A DNA stretch of 64,000 nucleotides, from contig CAWJIM010000019.1 of NCBI GenBank assembly GCA_963842945.1, positions 685,893-749,892 on the forward strand. Direction: 5' to 3'. Below are positions 1 through 9,840 of the stretch, in pieces. Made by a program: the position numbers and the translations under genes. Below the pieces are notes generated by a model. It saw only the letters and a list, made by a program, of their open reading frames with translations, was not told the origin of the DNA and did no database searches. Numbering within the stretch: position 1 is the stretch's first letter; the number at the start of each line of letters is the position of its first letter. The stretch is from an uncultured Gemmatimonadales bacterium (lineage in GTDB: Bacteria; Gemmatimonadota; Gemmatimonadetes; Gemmatimonadales; GWC2-71-9).

Positions 1-710
1 GGCACGTGGTGAACTACGCCTACCGCCTCTACGACCAGGAGGAGTGGGTCAAGCAGTTCGGCTCCATCACCCAGCCGTACGCGGAAGAGTACCGGCCCGA
101 GCCCTTCAGCCGGCGGTACGTGCGCCACCTCCCGGGCTGGTACGCCCAGAAGCATCCGGACGAGGACTGGTCGGAGACGTTCGCGGTGTGGATGACGCCG
201 GAGCTGGACTGGCGCAAGGAGTACAGCGGTTGGCCGGTGGCGGCGGCCAAGCTGGCCTATTGCGACCGGACCATGGCGGCGCTGCGCGATCGCGACCCGA
301 TGGTCACCAACGTCGAGCTCGACGAGGACGTCGGGGACATCGAGTACTCGCTGGGTCACTACTATCGGGACGAGGCGATCGGCCTCGGTGAGGTGCCCCC
401 GGGTCTCGACGGGGCGATCCGCGCGATCTTCGAGGACCTCCGCTCGTCCGACGGCGCGCCGGGCGAGCCGCTCGCGCCCGCGGGAGCGCTCATCCGCCGG
501 CTGGAGCCCGATCTCCTGACCAACGTCTTCCGCTGGACAGGCCACTTTCCCGAGCGGACCCGGGTGCTGATCCGCTATCTCGCCGACCGGGCGGAGCAAC
601 TGCGGCAGGGCTACCTGCCGGGTCGCGAGGCCGCGGCGACGGTCGCGGTGACGACGCTGGTGACAGGACTGGCGATGAACCACGTGCAGCGGGGGAGCTA
701 TCTGCCGTAG
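1..710 (+). CDS. Putative zinc-binding metallopeptidase (5' truncated by window edge)
   Basis: YAQKHPDEDWSETFAVW motif typical of the putative Zn-binding metallopeptidase family that occurs next to D-Ala-D-Ala-ligase-like genes. Confidence 0.75.
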   Translation, partial: HVVNYAYRLYDQEEWVKQFGSITQPYAEEYRPEPFSRRYVRHLPGWYAQKHPDEDWSETFAVWMTPELDWRKEYSGWPVAAAKLAYCDRTMAALRDRDPMVTNVELDEDVGDIEYSLGHYYRDEAIGLGEVPPGLDGAIRAIFEDLRSSDGAPGEPLAPAGALIRRLEPDLLTNVFRWTGHFPERTRVLIRYLADRAEQLRQGYLPGREAAATVAVTTLVTGLAMNHVQRGSYLP

Positions 711-728
711 TGTCATCCTTTCCAGCGC

Positions 729-1712
729 CTACTTCTTCCCCTTCCTCCTCGCCAGTGCCAGATCCACGATCCGCTCGATCAGCCTCGGGTAGTCCAGCCC
801 CGCCGCGCCGGCCGCCATCGCGAACTCGCTGTCCTTCTCCAGATAGCAGCTGGCGTTGACCTCGAGCACGTAGATGTCGCCGGTGTCGGTGAGGCGGAGA
901 TCCACCCGACCGTAATCGCGGACCCGGAGCGCCCGATAGGCATCCACCGCGACCTTCTGGAGCCGCGCGCGCAGCTCGTCGGGCAGCTGGGCCAGGACCG
1001 AGCGGGTGCCCTTGTACTCCTTGCTGCGCTCGTCCCACTTGGCCTTGCTGTCCATCACCTTGGGCACGCCTTCCGGAAAGCCGGTGAAGTCGATCTCCAC
1101 CGGCGGCAGCGCCTTGGGCTGGGAGTTCCCGATCACGCCGACGTAGAACTCGCGCCCGTCGATGAACTCCTCCGCCAGCGCGGCGTCGTCGAGCTCCTTC
1201 CGGATCGCGCTCACCCGCTCCATCAGCCCGGTCCAGTCCTGCACCAGCGACTTGCCGCCGATCCCCAGGGAAGCATCGGAGCGCAGCGGCTTGACGAACA
1301 GCGGCATCCGGAGGTTGCCGCCGGTCTCGAAGCCGGTCTCCCGCGAGAAAACGGCGAAGCGGGGATAGAGGATCTCCTCGAAGGCGAGGAGCCGCTTGGT
1401 GAGACCCTTGTCCTGGCTCAGGTACAGCTCACCGGGACCGCTGCCGGTGTAGTCCACGCCCAGCAGGTCCAGCAGGCCGGTCACCGGGATGTCGCCGAAG
1501 ACGTTGTCGCCGAACATCTCCATCAGGTTGAACACCAGGTCCGGCTTGCGCCGGGAGAGCCCGGCGATGAGCCGCTTGACGTCCCCGTGGACGCCGAGCA
1601 CCGAGACCCGGTGGCCCAGCTTGCGCAGCGTGCGCGCGACCTGGCGCACGACCGGGTCGTACTCCTTGGAGTTCTCGCCATCGTCCAGGTACGTCAGGAC
1701 GGTGATCTTCAC
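729..1712 (-). CDS. ATP-grasp protein, D-alanine--D-alanine ligase-like
   Basis: PDLVFNL, YTGS, PLFVKP, EEFIDGREF, DYGRVDLR and LEVN ATP-grasp motifs. Confidence 0.85.
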   Translation of the reverse strand: MKITVLTYLDDGENSKEYDPVVRQVARTLRKLGHRVSVLGVHGDVKRLIAGLSRRKPDLVFNLMEMFGDNVFGDIPVTGLLDLLGVDYTGSGPGELYLSQDKGLTKRLLAFEEILYPRFAVFSRETGFETGGNLRMPLFVKPLRSDASLGIGGKSLVQDWTGLMERVSAIRKELDDAALAEEFIDGREFYVGVIGNSQPKALPPVEIDFTGFPEGVPKVMDSKAKWDERSKEYKGTRSVLAQLPDELRARLQKVAVDAYRALRVRDYGRVDLRLTDTGDIYVLEVNASCYLEKDSEFAMAAGAAGLDYPRLIERIVDLALARRKGKK

Positions 1713-3328
1713 TCCTCCCCCAGCTCCATGCCCCAGCGCGCCAGCGACACCGGCAGTCCGCCGTACGCCAGCAGCTCGTCGTGGAACGTCTTCGGCCGGA
1801 ACGACGCCCCCGCGCGCTCCCGGTAGGCGTCGCGCAGGCGGAGCAGCTCGCGCCGCCCCACCGCATAGCAGAGCTGGTAGGTCGGGTACGCGCAGTAGCG
1901 CCGCACCTCGGCCTCCGCGCTCGCCCGCTCGATCGGCAGGTGCTCCACCATGTAGTCCACCGCCTCCGCCGGCGCCATGCCGCGGGTGTGGAGGCCGACG
2001 TCGAGCACGATCCGGATCGCGCGCCAGAGCAGATTCACCATCCGGAAGAGGCGCGCATGATCCTCGCCGTAGTAGCCCGACTCGTCCATGAGCTGCTCAC
2101 AGTAGAGCGCCCAGCCCTCCACCATGACCGGCGTCCAGATGTGCCGCCGCACTTCGGAGGCGAGCCCCTGGGCCGTGACCAGCTGGAGGTGATGGCCGGG
2201 ATACGCCTCGTGCGCCACCATCGCGGGGATCGCGTGCCGGCAGTGGCCCCGGCGCTGGCGGGCGCGCACCTCCGGCGGCGCGGACGCGTCGGGCTGGGTG
2301 ACGTAGAACCGCCCGGTCTGCTCCGAGAGAAAGATCGGCGGCGGCTCGTAGGCCGCGAAGGGCACCAGCGCCACCAGGAACGCGGGCGTCGGCACCACGT
2401 CCACCGGATCGTGCGGGATGCTCACCAGCTCCCGCTCGGCGACGAAGGCATGCGCCCGGTCCAGCTCCGCGCGGTAGACCGGCAGGAGTGCCTCCAGGTC
2501 CGGTGCGTCGCCCCGCAGCTCCTCGACCAGCTCGCGCCACGGCCGCGCACCCATCCTTTCCGCCAGCGCGGCCAGCTCGGCCTCGGTCTCCTCCTGGAGG
2601 TGAAGCCCGTAGCGCCAGAGCTCGGGCGCGCTGGCGGTCAGCGCGTGCTCGTGGTGGAGCCGGCGGCTGAACTGATCCTCTCCCACCGCGAACGCGTGCG
2701 GGTCGGAGGCGGGCTCGATCTCGTCCCGGAGCGCGGTGCCGAAGCGCTTGAGCGCTTCCAGCGCCTTCCCCGCCGCCTCGTGGAGATCGGCGCGCAGCTC
2801 GGGGGATTCCGGCTCGAGCGCGGCGACCAGCTGCACCACCAGCTCGCCCCCGCCGCCCAGCATGCCGAGGGTGGTGTCCACGAACACGGAGGGCGGCTCG
2901 TCGAGCGTGTCGCGCGCCGCGTCGAGGAACGCGGGGACGGCTCGGAGCCGCTCGAGCGCGGCCGGCGCGCGCTCGGCCAGCCCGCCGTTCCGCCGCGCGA
3001 GCATCGCGTAGAGCCCCTGGAAGACGTGCGACAGCCAATAGGCCGGGTTGCGCACGTGGGGCTGCTCGTGCTCCAGCCGGAAGGTCGCGCCGCGAATCTC
3101 TCCCAGAAGGGCGGTGCGGTCGATCTCCGCCTGCAGGTCGTCGCTCTCCAGCTCCTCGACCGCGCCCGCGACCGACCGCAGGGCGGAGAGATGCCCGCGC
3201 ACCGTGCCGGTGTCGAACCGGCCGAGCCGCGAGTCGTGCGAGACCAGCCCCGCCGCGCTCGCGGCGGCGGGGTCGAAGTGGTACTTGAGATCGAGATAGG
3301 ACCGGCAGAGGTCGTCAACCGACGCCAT
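1709..3328 (-). CDS. DUF885 family protein
   Basis: AHEAYPGHHLQ, VEGWALYCE and FHDELLAYG motifs. Confidence 0.9.
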   Translation of the reverse strand: MASVDDLCRSYLDLKYHFDPAAASAAGLVSHDSRLGRFDTGTVRGHLSALRSVAGAVEELESDDLQAEIDRTALLGEIRGATFRLEHEQPHVRNPAYWLSHVFQGLYAMLARRNGGLAERAPAALERLRAVPAFLDAARDTLDEPPSVFVDTTLGMLGGGGELVVQLVAALEPESPELRADLHEAAGKALEALKRFGTALRDEIEPASDPHAFAVGEDQFSRRLHHEHALTASAPELWRYGLHLQEETEAELAALAERMGARPWRELVEELRGDAPDLEALLPVYRAELDRAHAFVAERELVSIPHDPVDVVPTPAFLVALVPFAAYEPPPIFLSEQTGRFYVTQPDASAPPEVRARQRRGHCRHAIPAMVAHEAYPGHHLQLVTAQGLASEVRRHIWTPVMVEGWALYCEQLMDESGYYGEDHARLFRMVNLLWRAIRIVLDVGLHTRGMAPAEAVDYMVEHLPIERASAEAEVRRYCAYPTYQLCYAVGRRELLRLRDAYRERAGASFRPKTFHDELLAYGGLPVSLARWGMELGEE

Positions 3329-3358
3329 GGATCCTCGAGCAGGAGTCCCGAGGCTGCA

Positions 3359-4339
3359 TCAACCTTTCGTCGTCACTTCTGAATGATCGCCCAGTGACGC
3401 CGTTCCGCGGTAGCCCTCCAGCACCACGTGATTCCCGAGCAGGGCGCCGTCGAGCGCGGAGTCGGCGATGGACGCGTCCCGGCCGACGATCGTGTTGCGC
3501 AGCCTGCTGCCGCGCACCTTGGTGCCGCGCTCGAGGGAGACGTTGGGCCCGATCTCGCTCCGCTCCACGGTGACGCCGTCCTCGATGTACACCGGATCGT
3601 GGATGGTGACGCCGGGAAAGTCCACCCGCCGCGCGGCGCCTTTCCGCAGCAGCGTCTCGTTGGTCTCCAGCAGCGCGCCCGGTGCCCCGCAGTCGTACCA
3701 GCCGCCCACCTCCGCGGTCAGGATGCGCTTGCCGTGCTCGATCATCCACTGGAAGGCGTCGGTGAGGAAGTATTCGCCCTTGTTCTTCGGGCTGGCGAGC
3801 ACGTGGTCGATCCCCTGCCACAGGCTGTCCACCGCCCGGATGTAGTAGAGCCCGATGTTGGCGAGCTTGGAGATGGGCGTGCTCGGCTTCTCGACGATGC
3901 GGGTCATGTAGCCCTCGTCGTCGGTCACCACCACGCCGAAGCGTTGGTAGTCTTCCACCTCCTTGGCCCAGATGATCCCGTCGGCGTCGGTACGGTTGAT
4001 CAGGGTGAGATCCGCCTCGAACACCGTGTCCACGAAGATGATCAGCACCGGCTCGCGCACGTGAGGGCGGGCGAGGTTGACCGCGCCGGCGGTGCCGTCC
4101 TGCACCTTCTGCTCGATGAAGCGGGACGGGATCGGGTAGCGGGCGCGGGCATAGGCCTCGACCTGCTCCTTGAGATGTCCGGTGATGAAGATCAGCTCGC
4201 TCACGTCCAGACCATCGAGCCGATCCATCACCCAGTCCATCACCGGCCGGCCCGCCACCTTCAGCAGGGGCTTGGGCACGAGATGGGTATGCGGACGGAG
4301 CCGGGTGCCCTTCCCCGCGAGCGGAATGATCACCTGCAT
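3359..4339 (-). CDS. Sugar-phosphate nucleotidyltransferase with C-terminal left-handed beta-helix
   Basis: IIPLAGKGTRLRPHT...PKPL N-terminus, VEKP motif, hexapeptide-like C-terminus; start taken at MQVIIPL. Confidence 0.9.
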   Translation of the reverse strand: MQVIIPLAGKGTRLRPHTHLVPKPLLKVAGRPVMDWVMDRLDGLDVSELIFITGHLKEQVEAYARARYPIPSRFIEQKVQDGTAGAVNLARPHVREPVLIIFVDTVFEADLTLINRTDADGIIWAKEVEDYQRFGVVVTDDEGYMTRIVEKPSTPISKLANIGLYYIRAVDSLWQGIDHVLASPKNKGEYFLTDAFQWMIEHGKRILTAEVGGWYDCGAPGALLETNETLLRKGAARRVDFPGVTIHDPVYIEDGVTVERSEIGPNVSLERGTKVRGSRLRNTIVGRDASIADSALDGALLGNHVVLEGYRGTASLGDHSEVTTKG

Positions 4340-4340
4340 G

Positions 4341-4691
4341 TCAGCCTCGGCCGTAGCGGTCCTGGAGACGCACCAGATCGTCGAGCTCGGGCGTCGATGC
4401 CTCGAGCACGTCGCTGTCCTCGACGGCTTCGATCTGGTGCACGAGTCCTGGTGGAATGTGTGCGCTCTCGCCCGCCCGGAAGCGCCGTTCCTCCAGCGCA
4501 TCGGCCGGCCCGGTGCGCAGGATCAGCTCGCCCCGGAAGACGTGCATCGTCTCGTCCTTGCGGTTGTGGTACTGGAGACTAAGCACATGCCCGGCGCGCA
4601 CGTGGAGCACCTTGCCCACGTAGCGGTCGGTGCGGGCCCAGATCAGCTCGTATCCCCACGGCTTCTCGACTCGGTACGGGACCTCGGCCAC
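4341..4691 (-). CDS. Cupin (mannose-6-phosphate isomerase-like)
   Basis: VEKPWGYELIWA, LSLQYHNRKDET and STPELDDLVRLQDRYGR; GTG start. Confidence 0.85.
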   Translation of the reverse strand: MAEVPYRVEKPWGYELIWARTDRYVGKVLHVRAGHVLSLQYHNRKDETMHVFRGELILRTGPADALEERRFRAGESAHIPPGLVHQIEAVEDSDVLEASTPELDDLVRLQDRYGRG

Positions 4692-4956
4692 TCGATCTCC
4701 ACGCGGGTGTGAGGGTGCGGTAATATAGGCGTGCCTTCGACATACACCCACCGCGATGATTCCCGAGTGGCCGCTGGCGGCCGTGGAGTTGCGCAGTATG
4801 GAAGGGGTGCGGCCTGCCGGCGGCCTCCCCCGCCTGGCCATCGGCTTGGCGTAGGCGTTACACGGCTGAAACCTTCTTTTAGCCTGTATCGTACCGGCGG
4901 TATTGACGAAACGTAGGTCTCTCATACATTCGACTTACGACTTGGGAGATAGCGTC

Positions 4957-5433
4957 ATGACCGCCCCCGCTCTCGATCACATCTCGCGCCGCATCCTCCA
5001 GCTGCTCGCCGCCGACGGCCGCACCAGCTACCAGGCCATCGCCGACGAGATCGGCCTCTCGCGGCCGGCGGTCATGGAGCGGGTCAAGCGCCTCGAGGAG
5101 GCCGGCTTCATCCGCGGTTACCACGCCTCGCTCGACCGGTCGAAGTGCGGTCTCCCTGTCACCGCGTTCGTGGCCATCCGCTACCCCGTCTCCGAGCACG
5201 CCGGCGACGATCCGCAGATCCAGGCCCTCGCCGCCAACCCCCACGTGCTCGAGTGCCACCATGTGGCGGGCGACGACTGCTATGTGCTGAAGGTGGCCGC
5301 GCCCTCCATCGAGAGCCTCGAGGGCGTGCTGCGCGAGATCAAGCGGCCCGGCCACCCGGTGAGCACCCGCACCACCATCGTGCTCTCCACCGTGTTCGAG
5401 AAGACCGGCCTCGCGCCGGTGGAGGCGGACTGA
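4957..5433 (+). CDS. Lrp/AsnC family transcriptional regulator
   Basis: HTH (IGLSRPAVMERVKRLEEAGFIRGY) and ECHHVAGDDCYVLKV. Confidence 0.92.
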   Translation: MTAPALDHISRRILQLLAADGRTSYQAIADEIGLSRPAVMERVKRLEEAGFIRGYHASLDRSKCGLPVTAFVAIRYPVSEHAGDDPQIQALAANPHVLECHHVAGDDCYVLKVAAPSIESLEGVLREIKRPGHPVSTRTTIVLSTVFEKTGLAPVEAD

Positions 5434-6386
5434 TGGCGGGGCTTCGCGGTAAGGCGCTGGTCGCCTATCTCCTCGTCTGCACGGTCTGGGGCTCCACCTA
5501 CCTCGCCATCCGCGTCGGGGTGATGCACCTGCCGCCCGTGCTCTTCGCGGGGGTGCGCTTCCTGGTCGCGGGCCTGATCCTCGCCGGCATCGTGCTGGCC
5601 ACGGGAGACCGGCTCCCCCGCCGCCTGCGGGACTGGCGGGTGAACGCGATCACCGGAGTATTCCTCCTGCTCGGCGGGAACGCCGTGGTGGTGTGGGCGG
5701 AGCAGCACGTGGAGTCCGGCGCAGCCAGCGTGTTCGTCGCGGCCGTGCCGCTCTGGGCCGCGTTCTTCGACGCGCTCTGGCCCGGTGGTACCACCGTCTT
5801 CACCTGGCGGGTCGGCGTCGGGCTCGCGCTCGGCTTTCTCGGCAGCGCGCTCCTCGCGGGGGTGACGCCGGGGGAGCTGATGAGCGCCGACCTCGCGGGT
5901 CCGGTGGCCCTCACCCTCGCCAGTGCGTCCTGGGCGCTCGGCACCGTGTACTCCAAGCGCAACCCGACGGAGACGTCGCCCTACGCCGCGTCCGCCGTGC
6001 AGATGCTCGCCGGAGGACTGGTGATCTCGCTGTTGGGCCTCGTGCTCGGCGAAGCGGGCCAGTGGCGCTGGTCCGCGGAGGGCCTGGGCGCCCTGGCGTA
6101 TCTGGTGGTGTTCGGCTCCATCGTCGGGTTTACGTCCTACGCCTATGCGCTGCGCCACGCTTCGGCGACCATCGTCGGCACCTACGCCTACGTGAACCCG
6201 GTCGTGGCGGTGCTGCTCGGCTGGCTGATCCTGCACGAGGAGATCACGGCGCGGACCATCGGCGCGATGGTGCTGATCCTCGGCGCCGTCCTCATGATCC
6301 AGCTCGCGCCCGGAGCGCACGGGAAGGCGAAGGCTCCGGCCGAGCGCGCGGCGGGTCCCGGTCGTCACGAGAGGGCCCGGGCATGA
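5433..6386 (+). CDS. EamA/DMT family transporter
   Basis: VWGSTYLAIR and YAYVNPVVAVLLG motifs, about 10 hydrophobic segments; TGATG overlap with the Lrp gene. Confidence 0.9.
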   Translation: MAGLRGKALVAYLLVCTVWGSTYLAIRVGVMHLPPVLFAGVRFLVAGLILAGIVLATGDRLPRRLRDWRVNAITGVFLLLGGNAVVVWAEQHVESGAASVFVAAVPLWAAFFDALWPGGTTVFTWRVGVGLALGFLGSALLAGVTPGELMSADLAGPVALTLASASWALGTVYSKRNPTETSPYAASAVQMLAGGLVISLLGLVLGEAGQWRWSAEGLGALAYLVVFGSIVGFTSYAYALRHASATIVGTYAYVNPVVAVLLGWLILHEEITARTIGAMVLILGAVLMIQLAPGAHGKAKAPAERAAGPGRHERARA

Positions 6387-6823
6387 GCGGCGCAACCCCG
6401 CCCCGGCTGGTCGCGCAGTTCGAGAGCTGCACGCTGCCCAAGGAGGAGTGGACCCATCAGGCGCACCTGACGGTGGGCCTGTGGTACGCCTCGCGCCTGC
6501 CGTACCAGGAGGCGCTCGTCGCGGTGCGCGAGGGCATCCTGCGACTGAACGCGGCGCACGGCGTGCCCACCACGCCCACGCGCGGCTACCACGAGACCAT
6601 CACGCGCTTCTACCTGCGCGTGCTCTGCGACTATGTGGCGAGCGAGGAGGAGCGGCCGATGGGAAGCTGGCCGGAGCGGGTGGCCCGGCTGCTGTCGCGC
6701 TACGGCGACCGGGAGCTCCCGCTCCGGCACTACACGAAGGACCTGCTGATGTCGTCCGAGGCGAGGTTCGGCTGGGTGGAGCCGGATCTCCTGCCCCTGG
6801 GCCCGGAGGTGGTCAGCCGCTGA
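6383..6823 (+). CDS. Conserved hypothetical protein
   Basis: WTHQAHL...GYHETIT...ARFGWVEPDL pattern; ATGA coupling to EamA. Confidence 0.7.
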   Translation: MSGATPPRLVAQFESCTLPKEEWTHQAHLTVGLWYASRLPYQEALVAVREGILRLNAAHGVPTTPTRGYHETITRFYLRVLCDYVASEEERPMGSWPERVARLLSRYGDRELPLRHYTKDLLMSSEARFGWVEPDLLPLGPEVVSR

Positions 6824-7349
6824 TCAGGTGCCGTCGGAGCTTGGTCATCCGGCGCCGAACAGAGCCGTCGTGGATGCGCTCGCCGATCCGCACCACCGTG
6901 CCGCCGAGGATCTCGGGGTCCACGCGGAACGCCGCGATGACCTCCTTGCCCAGCTCACGGCTCAGGGCGTCCTGAATCTCGCGCTGGAGCGCGGGATCGG
7001 CCGGATGCGCCAGGGTGACGCCGGCGCGGATGCGGTTGTGCTTGATATCGAGCAGCGTCTGGTACTCCCCGGAGATCTCGCGGAGGAACCGGTGCCGCCC
7101 CCGCTTCAACAGCGCCTGGAGAAACAGCACGAACTCGCGCGGCGCACCCTTGAGCGCGGCGCCGAGCAGCCGGATCTTCTCCGCCTTCGGCACCCGCGGG
7201 GACATGAGGACGCTCTGCACCTCGGGCGTGGTCTCCACCGCGCCCGCCAAGGCGTCGAGCAGCTCCGCGTACCGATCCGCGTTGCCGCTCCGCTCGCCGA
7301 GCTCGAACAGCGCCTCGGCGTAGTTGCGGGCGATCGTCGTCGCGCTCAC
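6813..7349 (-). CDS. atpH: ATP synthase F1 subunit delta
   Basis: IARNYAEALF and VDPEILGG motifs; operon position. Confidence 0.95.
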   Translation of the reverse strand: MSATTIARNYAEALFELGERSGNADRYAELLDALAGAVETTPEVQSVLMSPRVPKAEKIRLLGAALKGAPREFVLFLQALLKRGRHRFLREISGEYQTLLDIKHNRIRAGVTLAHPADPALQREIQDALSRELGKEVIAAFRVDPEILGGTVVRIGERIHDGSVRRRMTKLRRHLISG

Positions 7350-7894
7350 CGCTTCTCGTCCAGGGTGGCGAGGAACTCGAGCACCAGCTTGCGGTCGGTC
7401 TCACCGTCGAGGCGCTTCTCGATCAGCCGGGAGGCTGCGGCGAGGGAGAGATCCACCGCCTCGCGTCGAAGCTCCTCCACCGCGCGGTCGCGCTCCGCGC
7501 CGATCTCGCGCCGGGCCCGGGCCAGCAGATCCTCCTGCTCCTGCCGGGTCTTCTCCATCGCCAGCGCGCGCTCCTTTTCCGCGATCCCGCGGGCTTCCAC
7601 GATCATGCCGTGCGCCCGGGACTGGGCGTCGGCGATCAGCTTCTGGTGCTCGGCCAGGAGCGCGGCCGCCTGCTCCCGGTCGCGCGCGGCCTCGGCGAGC
7701 TGGCGCTCGAGCGCCTGTTCCCGCGCCTCCACGGCGCCCAGAATCGCCGGCCAGGCGAACCGCTTCAGGATCAGGAGCAGCAGCAGGAAGATGAAGACGG
7801 TCCAGACCATCAGCCCGCCGTCGACGGTGAGTGGGCCGGACGCGTGCTCTTGGGCCGCGGGGGCGTGTTCCTGGATGGCGAGCAGTGTCAGCAT
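7346..7894 (-). CDS. atpF: ATP synthase F0 subunit b
   Basis: N-terminal TM with FAWPAIL, long charged coiled coil. Confidence 0.95.
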   Translation of the reverse strand: MLTLLAIQEHAPAAQEHASGPLTVDGGLMVWTVFIFLLLLLILKRFAWPAILGAVEAREQALERQLAEAARDREQAAALLAEHQKLIADAQSRAHGMIVEARGIAEKERALAMEKTRQEQEDLLARARREIGAERDRAVEELRREAVDLSLAAASRLIEKRLDGETDRKLVLEFLATLDEKR

Positions 7895-7910
7895 GCGAGC
7901 TCCGACGAGG

Positions 7911-7995
7911 AGCTATCAGCTTCAGCGATCAGCCATCAGTCAAGCACACCTCGCCCCCGGTGTGCCTGGCTGATAGCTGATATCTGATAGTTGAC
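7911..7995. repeat. Imperfect hairpin built from heptamer repeats (AGCTATC/GCTGATA type) between atpE and atpF
   Basis: agctatc-agcttc-agcgatc-agccatc-agtc-aagcacacc faces ggtgtgcctg-gctgata-gctgata-tctgata-gttgac. Confidence 0.75.
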
Positions 7996-7998
7996 GGC

Positions 7999-8275
7999 TC
8001 AGTACGTGATTTTCCCCTGAATCAGGAACGCGATCACCGCCACGAACAGCGCCACGCCTTCCACCAGCGCGGCCGCGATGATCATCGCCGTCTGGATCCG
8101 TGCCGTGGCGTCGGGCTGCCGGGCGATGCCCTCGGTCGCCCGTCCACCGATCTGGCCGATGCCGATGCCTGCGCCCACGACGGCGAGTCCGGCGGCGAGA
8201 CCGGCGCCGATGAGGCCGTAGCCCTTGTCGGCCCCGGCCGAGGCGGCCTGAAGCATGCGGAAGAATGTCCAGCAT
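7999..8275 (-). CDS. atpE: ATP synthase F0 subunit c
   Basis: GAGIGIG, IARQP and ALVEGV motifs. RBS GAGGAG precedes ATG 8275, which needs a 1-nt correction to join the 8256 frame. Confidence 0.95.
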
Positions 8276-8473
8276 GTGTTGCTCCTCAGCTCAACGGAAG
8301 ATCCGGAGTCGGTTGCGCCCGCCGCGCGTGGATCGCCTCTCCCGGAGCGATCTCGCCTCGGTGACCCGCCGGCGCCCGCCGGCTCGAGGCCGGTGAGCAG
8401 CGGGCATCGTCCGCCGGACGGCGGACTACTTCGCCGACGCCGCGCGGGCGCGCGGGGCGTCGGGGTGACGTCT

Positions 8474-9475
8474 CTAGTGCTCCGCCCGCATCAGCCCGAT
8501 GAACACGCTGGTGAGCAGCGTGAACACGAAGGCCTGCAGGAACGCCACGAACAACTCCAGGATCATGACACCGGTCGCGAGCACCGAGGCGCCGAGCCCG
8601 ACCGCGTAGCTCTTGAACAGGAAGGTGAGCCCGATCAGCGCCAGCACCAGCACGTGCCCCGAGGTCATGTTGGCGAAGAGCCGGACCGCCAGGGCGAACG
8701 GCTTCGCCAGCTTGCCGATCAGCTCGATCGGCGTCATGACCGCCAGCAGCACCACCTTGAGGATGGTGCCGCCGATGCCGCCCGGCAGGCCGGACGGCAG
8801 ATAGAAGATGGTCTTCAGGTATCCCTTCGGGCCCAACGTCCGCATGCCGGTCACTTCGATCACCAGGAACGCCATCACCGCGAGTGCCGCGGTCACCGCG
8901 ATGTTGCCGGTCGCGGTGGCGCCCCAGGGCAGCAGGCCCAGCAGGTTCATCGCCAGGATGAAGAAGAACAGCGTCAGCAGGTACGGCGCGTATCCTTCAC
9001 CGTGGTGGCCCACGTTGGGCAGCACCACCTCCTGCCGGATGTAGAGCGCCAGCGCCTCCATCGAGCCGGCGAATCCCTTGGCCGGCCGGCCCCGCGCCTG
9101 CTCCCGCGCGATGGTGCGCGCGCTCAGCAGGAAGACCAGCGCCACCAGGATCGCCGCGAGCAGCATGTAGACCAGGTGCTTGGTGGGCGAGAGATCGAGG
9201 GTGATCCCGCCGAGGTGAATCGGCTCCCACCGGGGCAGGTGCACCAGACCGAACGGGGTTTCGAGCTCGTGCGAGTTCCCGATGTGGTGCACGATGTCGA
9301 TCTGGTTCTCGGACGCCTCCTGCTGCGACGTCGGCGCGACCTCGTCGCGAGCCACATCCGCGGTGGTGCCGTGCTCCTGTGCAGCCAGGCTCCCGCCCGC
9401 ACCTAGCGCTGCCAGCATGAGCGCCACAGCGACCATGGTACGGAGTGAAGTGAGGGACCGTCCGAAACCCGTCAT
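8474..9475 (-). CDS. atpB: ATP synthase F0 subunit a
   Basis: KPFALAVRLFANMTSGH and LELFVAFLQAFVF; N-terminal signal-like extension. Confidence 0.95.
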   Translation of the reverse strand: MTGFGRSLTSLRTMVAVALMLAALGAGGSLAAQEHGTTADVARDEVAPTSQQEASENQIDIVHHIGNSHELETPFGLVHLPRWEPIHLGGITLDLSPTKHLVYMLLAAILVALVFLLSARTIAREQARGRPAKGFAGSMEALALYIRQEVVLPNVGHHGEGYAPYLLTLFFFILAMNLLGLLPWGATATGNIAVTAALAVMAFLVIEVTGMRTLGPKGYLKTIFYLPSGLPGGIGGTILKVVLLAVMTPIELIGKLAKPFALAVRLFANMTSGHVLVLALIGLTFLFKSYAVGLGASVLATGVMILELFVAFLQAFVFTLLTSVFIGLMRAEH

Positions 9476-9840
9476 CGCTCGCCTTTCCGCGAGTATTCTC
9501 CCATTGCCACCACCCCCTCCACCAGCAGCAGCCCGACCAGCACACTCACCATCGTCACCAGCATGGGCGAGGCCAGTCGGTCCGGTGTCCCCATCAGCGC
9601 GAAGGCGGCCACGGCCAGCACTCCGAAGCGCGCCAGCATCCCCAGGCCCCACACCAGGAAGAACTGCTCGGTGCCGATCGCCTTGAGGGTCCACCAACCG
9701 AGGGGCGCCTGAAGCAGCAGGCCGGCGCCGAGCCCCCACACGATACCGCCGCGCCACTCCGAGGGCGAGGCGGCCATGGCCACCAGTCCGCCGGCGCCCA
9801 CCGCCGCCACGCCGGCGACGTAGCGGCCGGCGCGGGTCAC
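9472..9840 (-). CDS. ATP synthase I-like membrane protein
   Basis: Four hydrophobic segments, translationally coupled between the AtpZ-like gene and atpB. Confidence 0.6.
   Translation of the reverse strand: MTRAGRYVAGVAAVGAGGLVAMAASPSEWRGGIVWGLGAGLLLQAPLGWWTLKAIGTEQFFLVWGLGMLARFGVLAVAAFALMGTPDRLASPMLVTMVSVLVGLLLVEGVVAMGEYSRKGER

Noticed and set aside
1781..3382. Long antisense ORFs (also 27830-29782, 45741-47387, 49696-51318)
   Set aside because: These are shadow frames of real genes in high-GC DNA and show no recognisable motifs.
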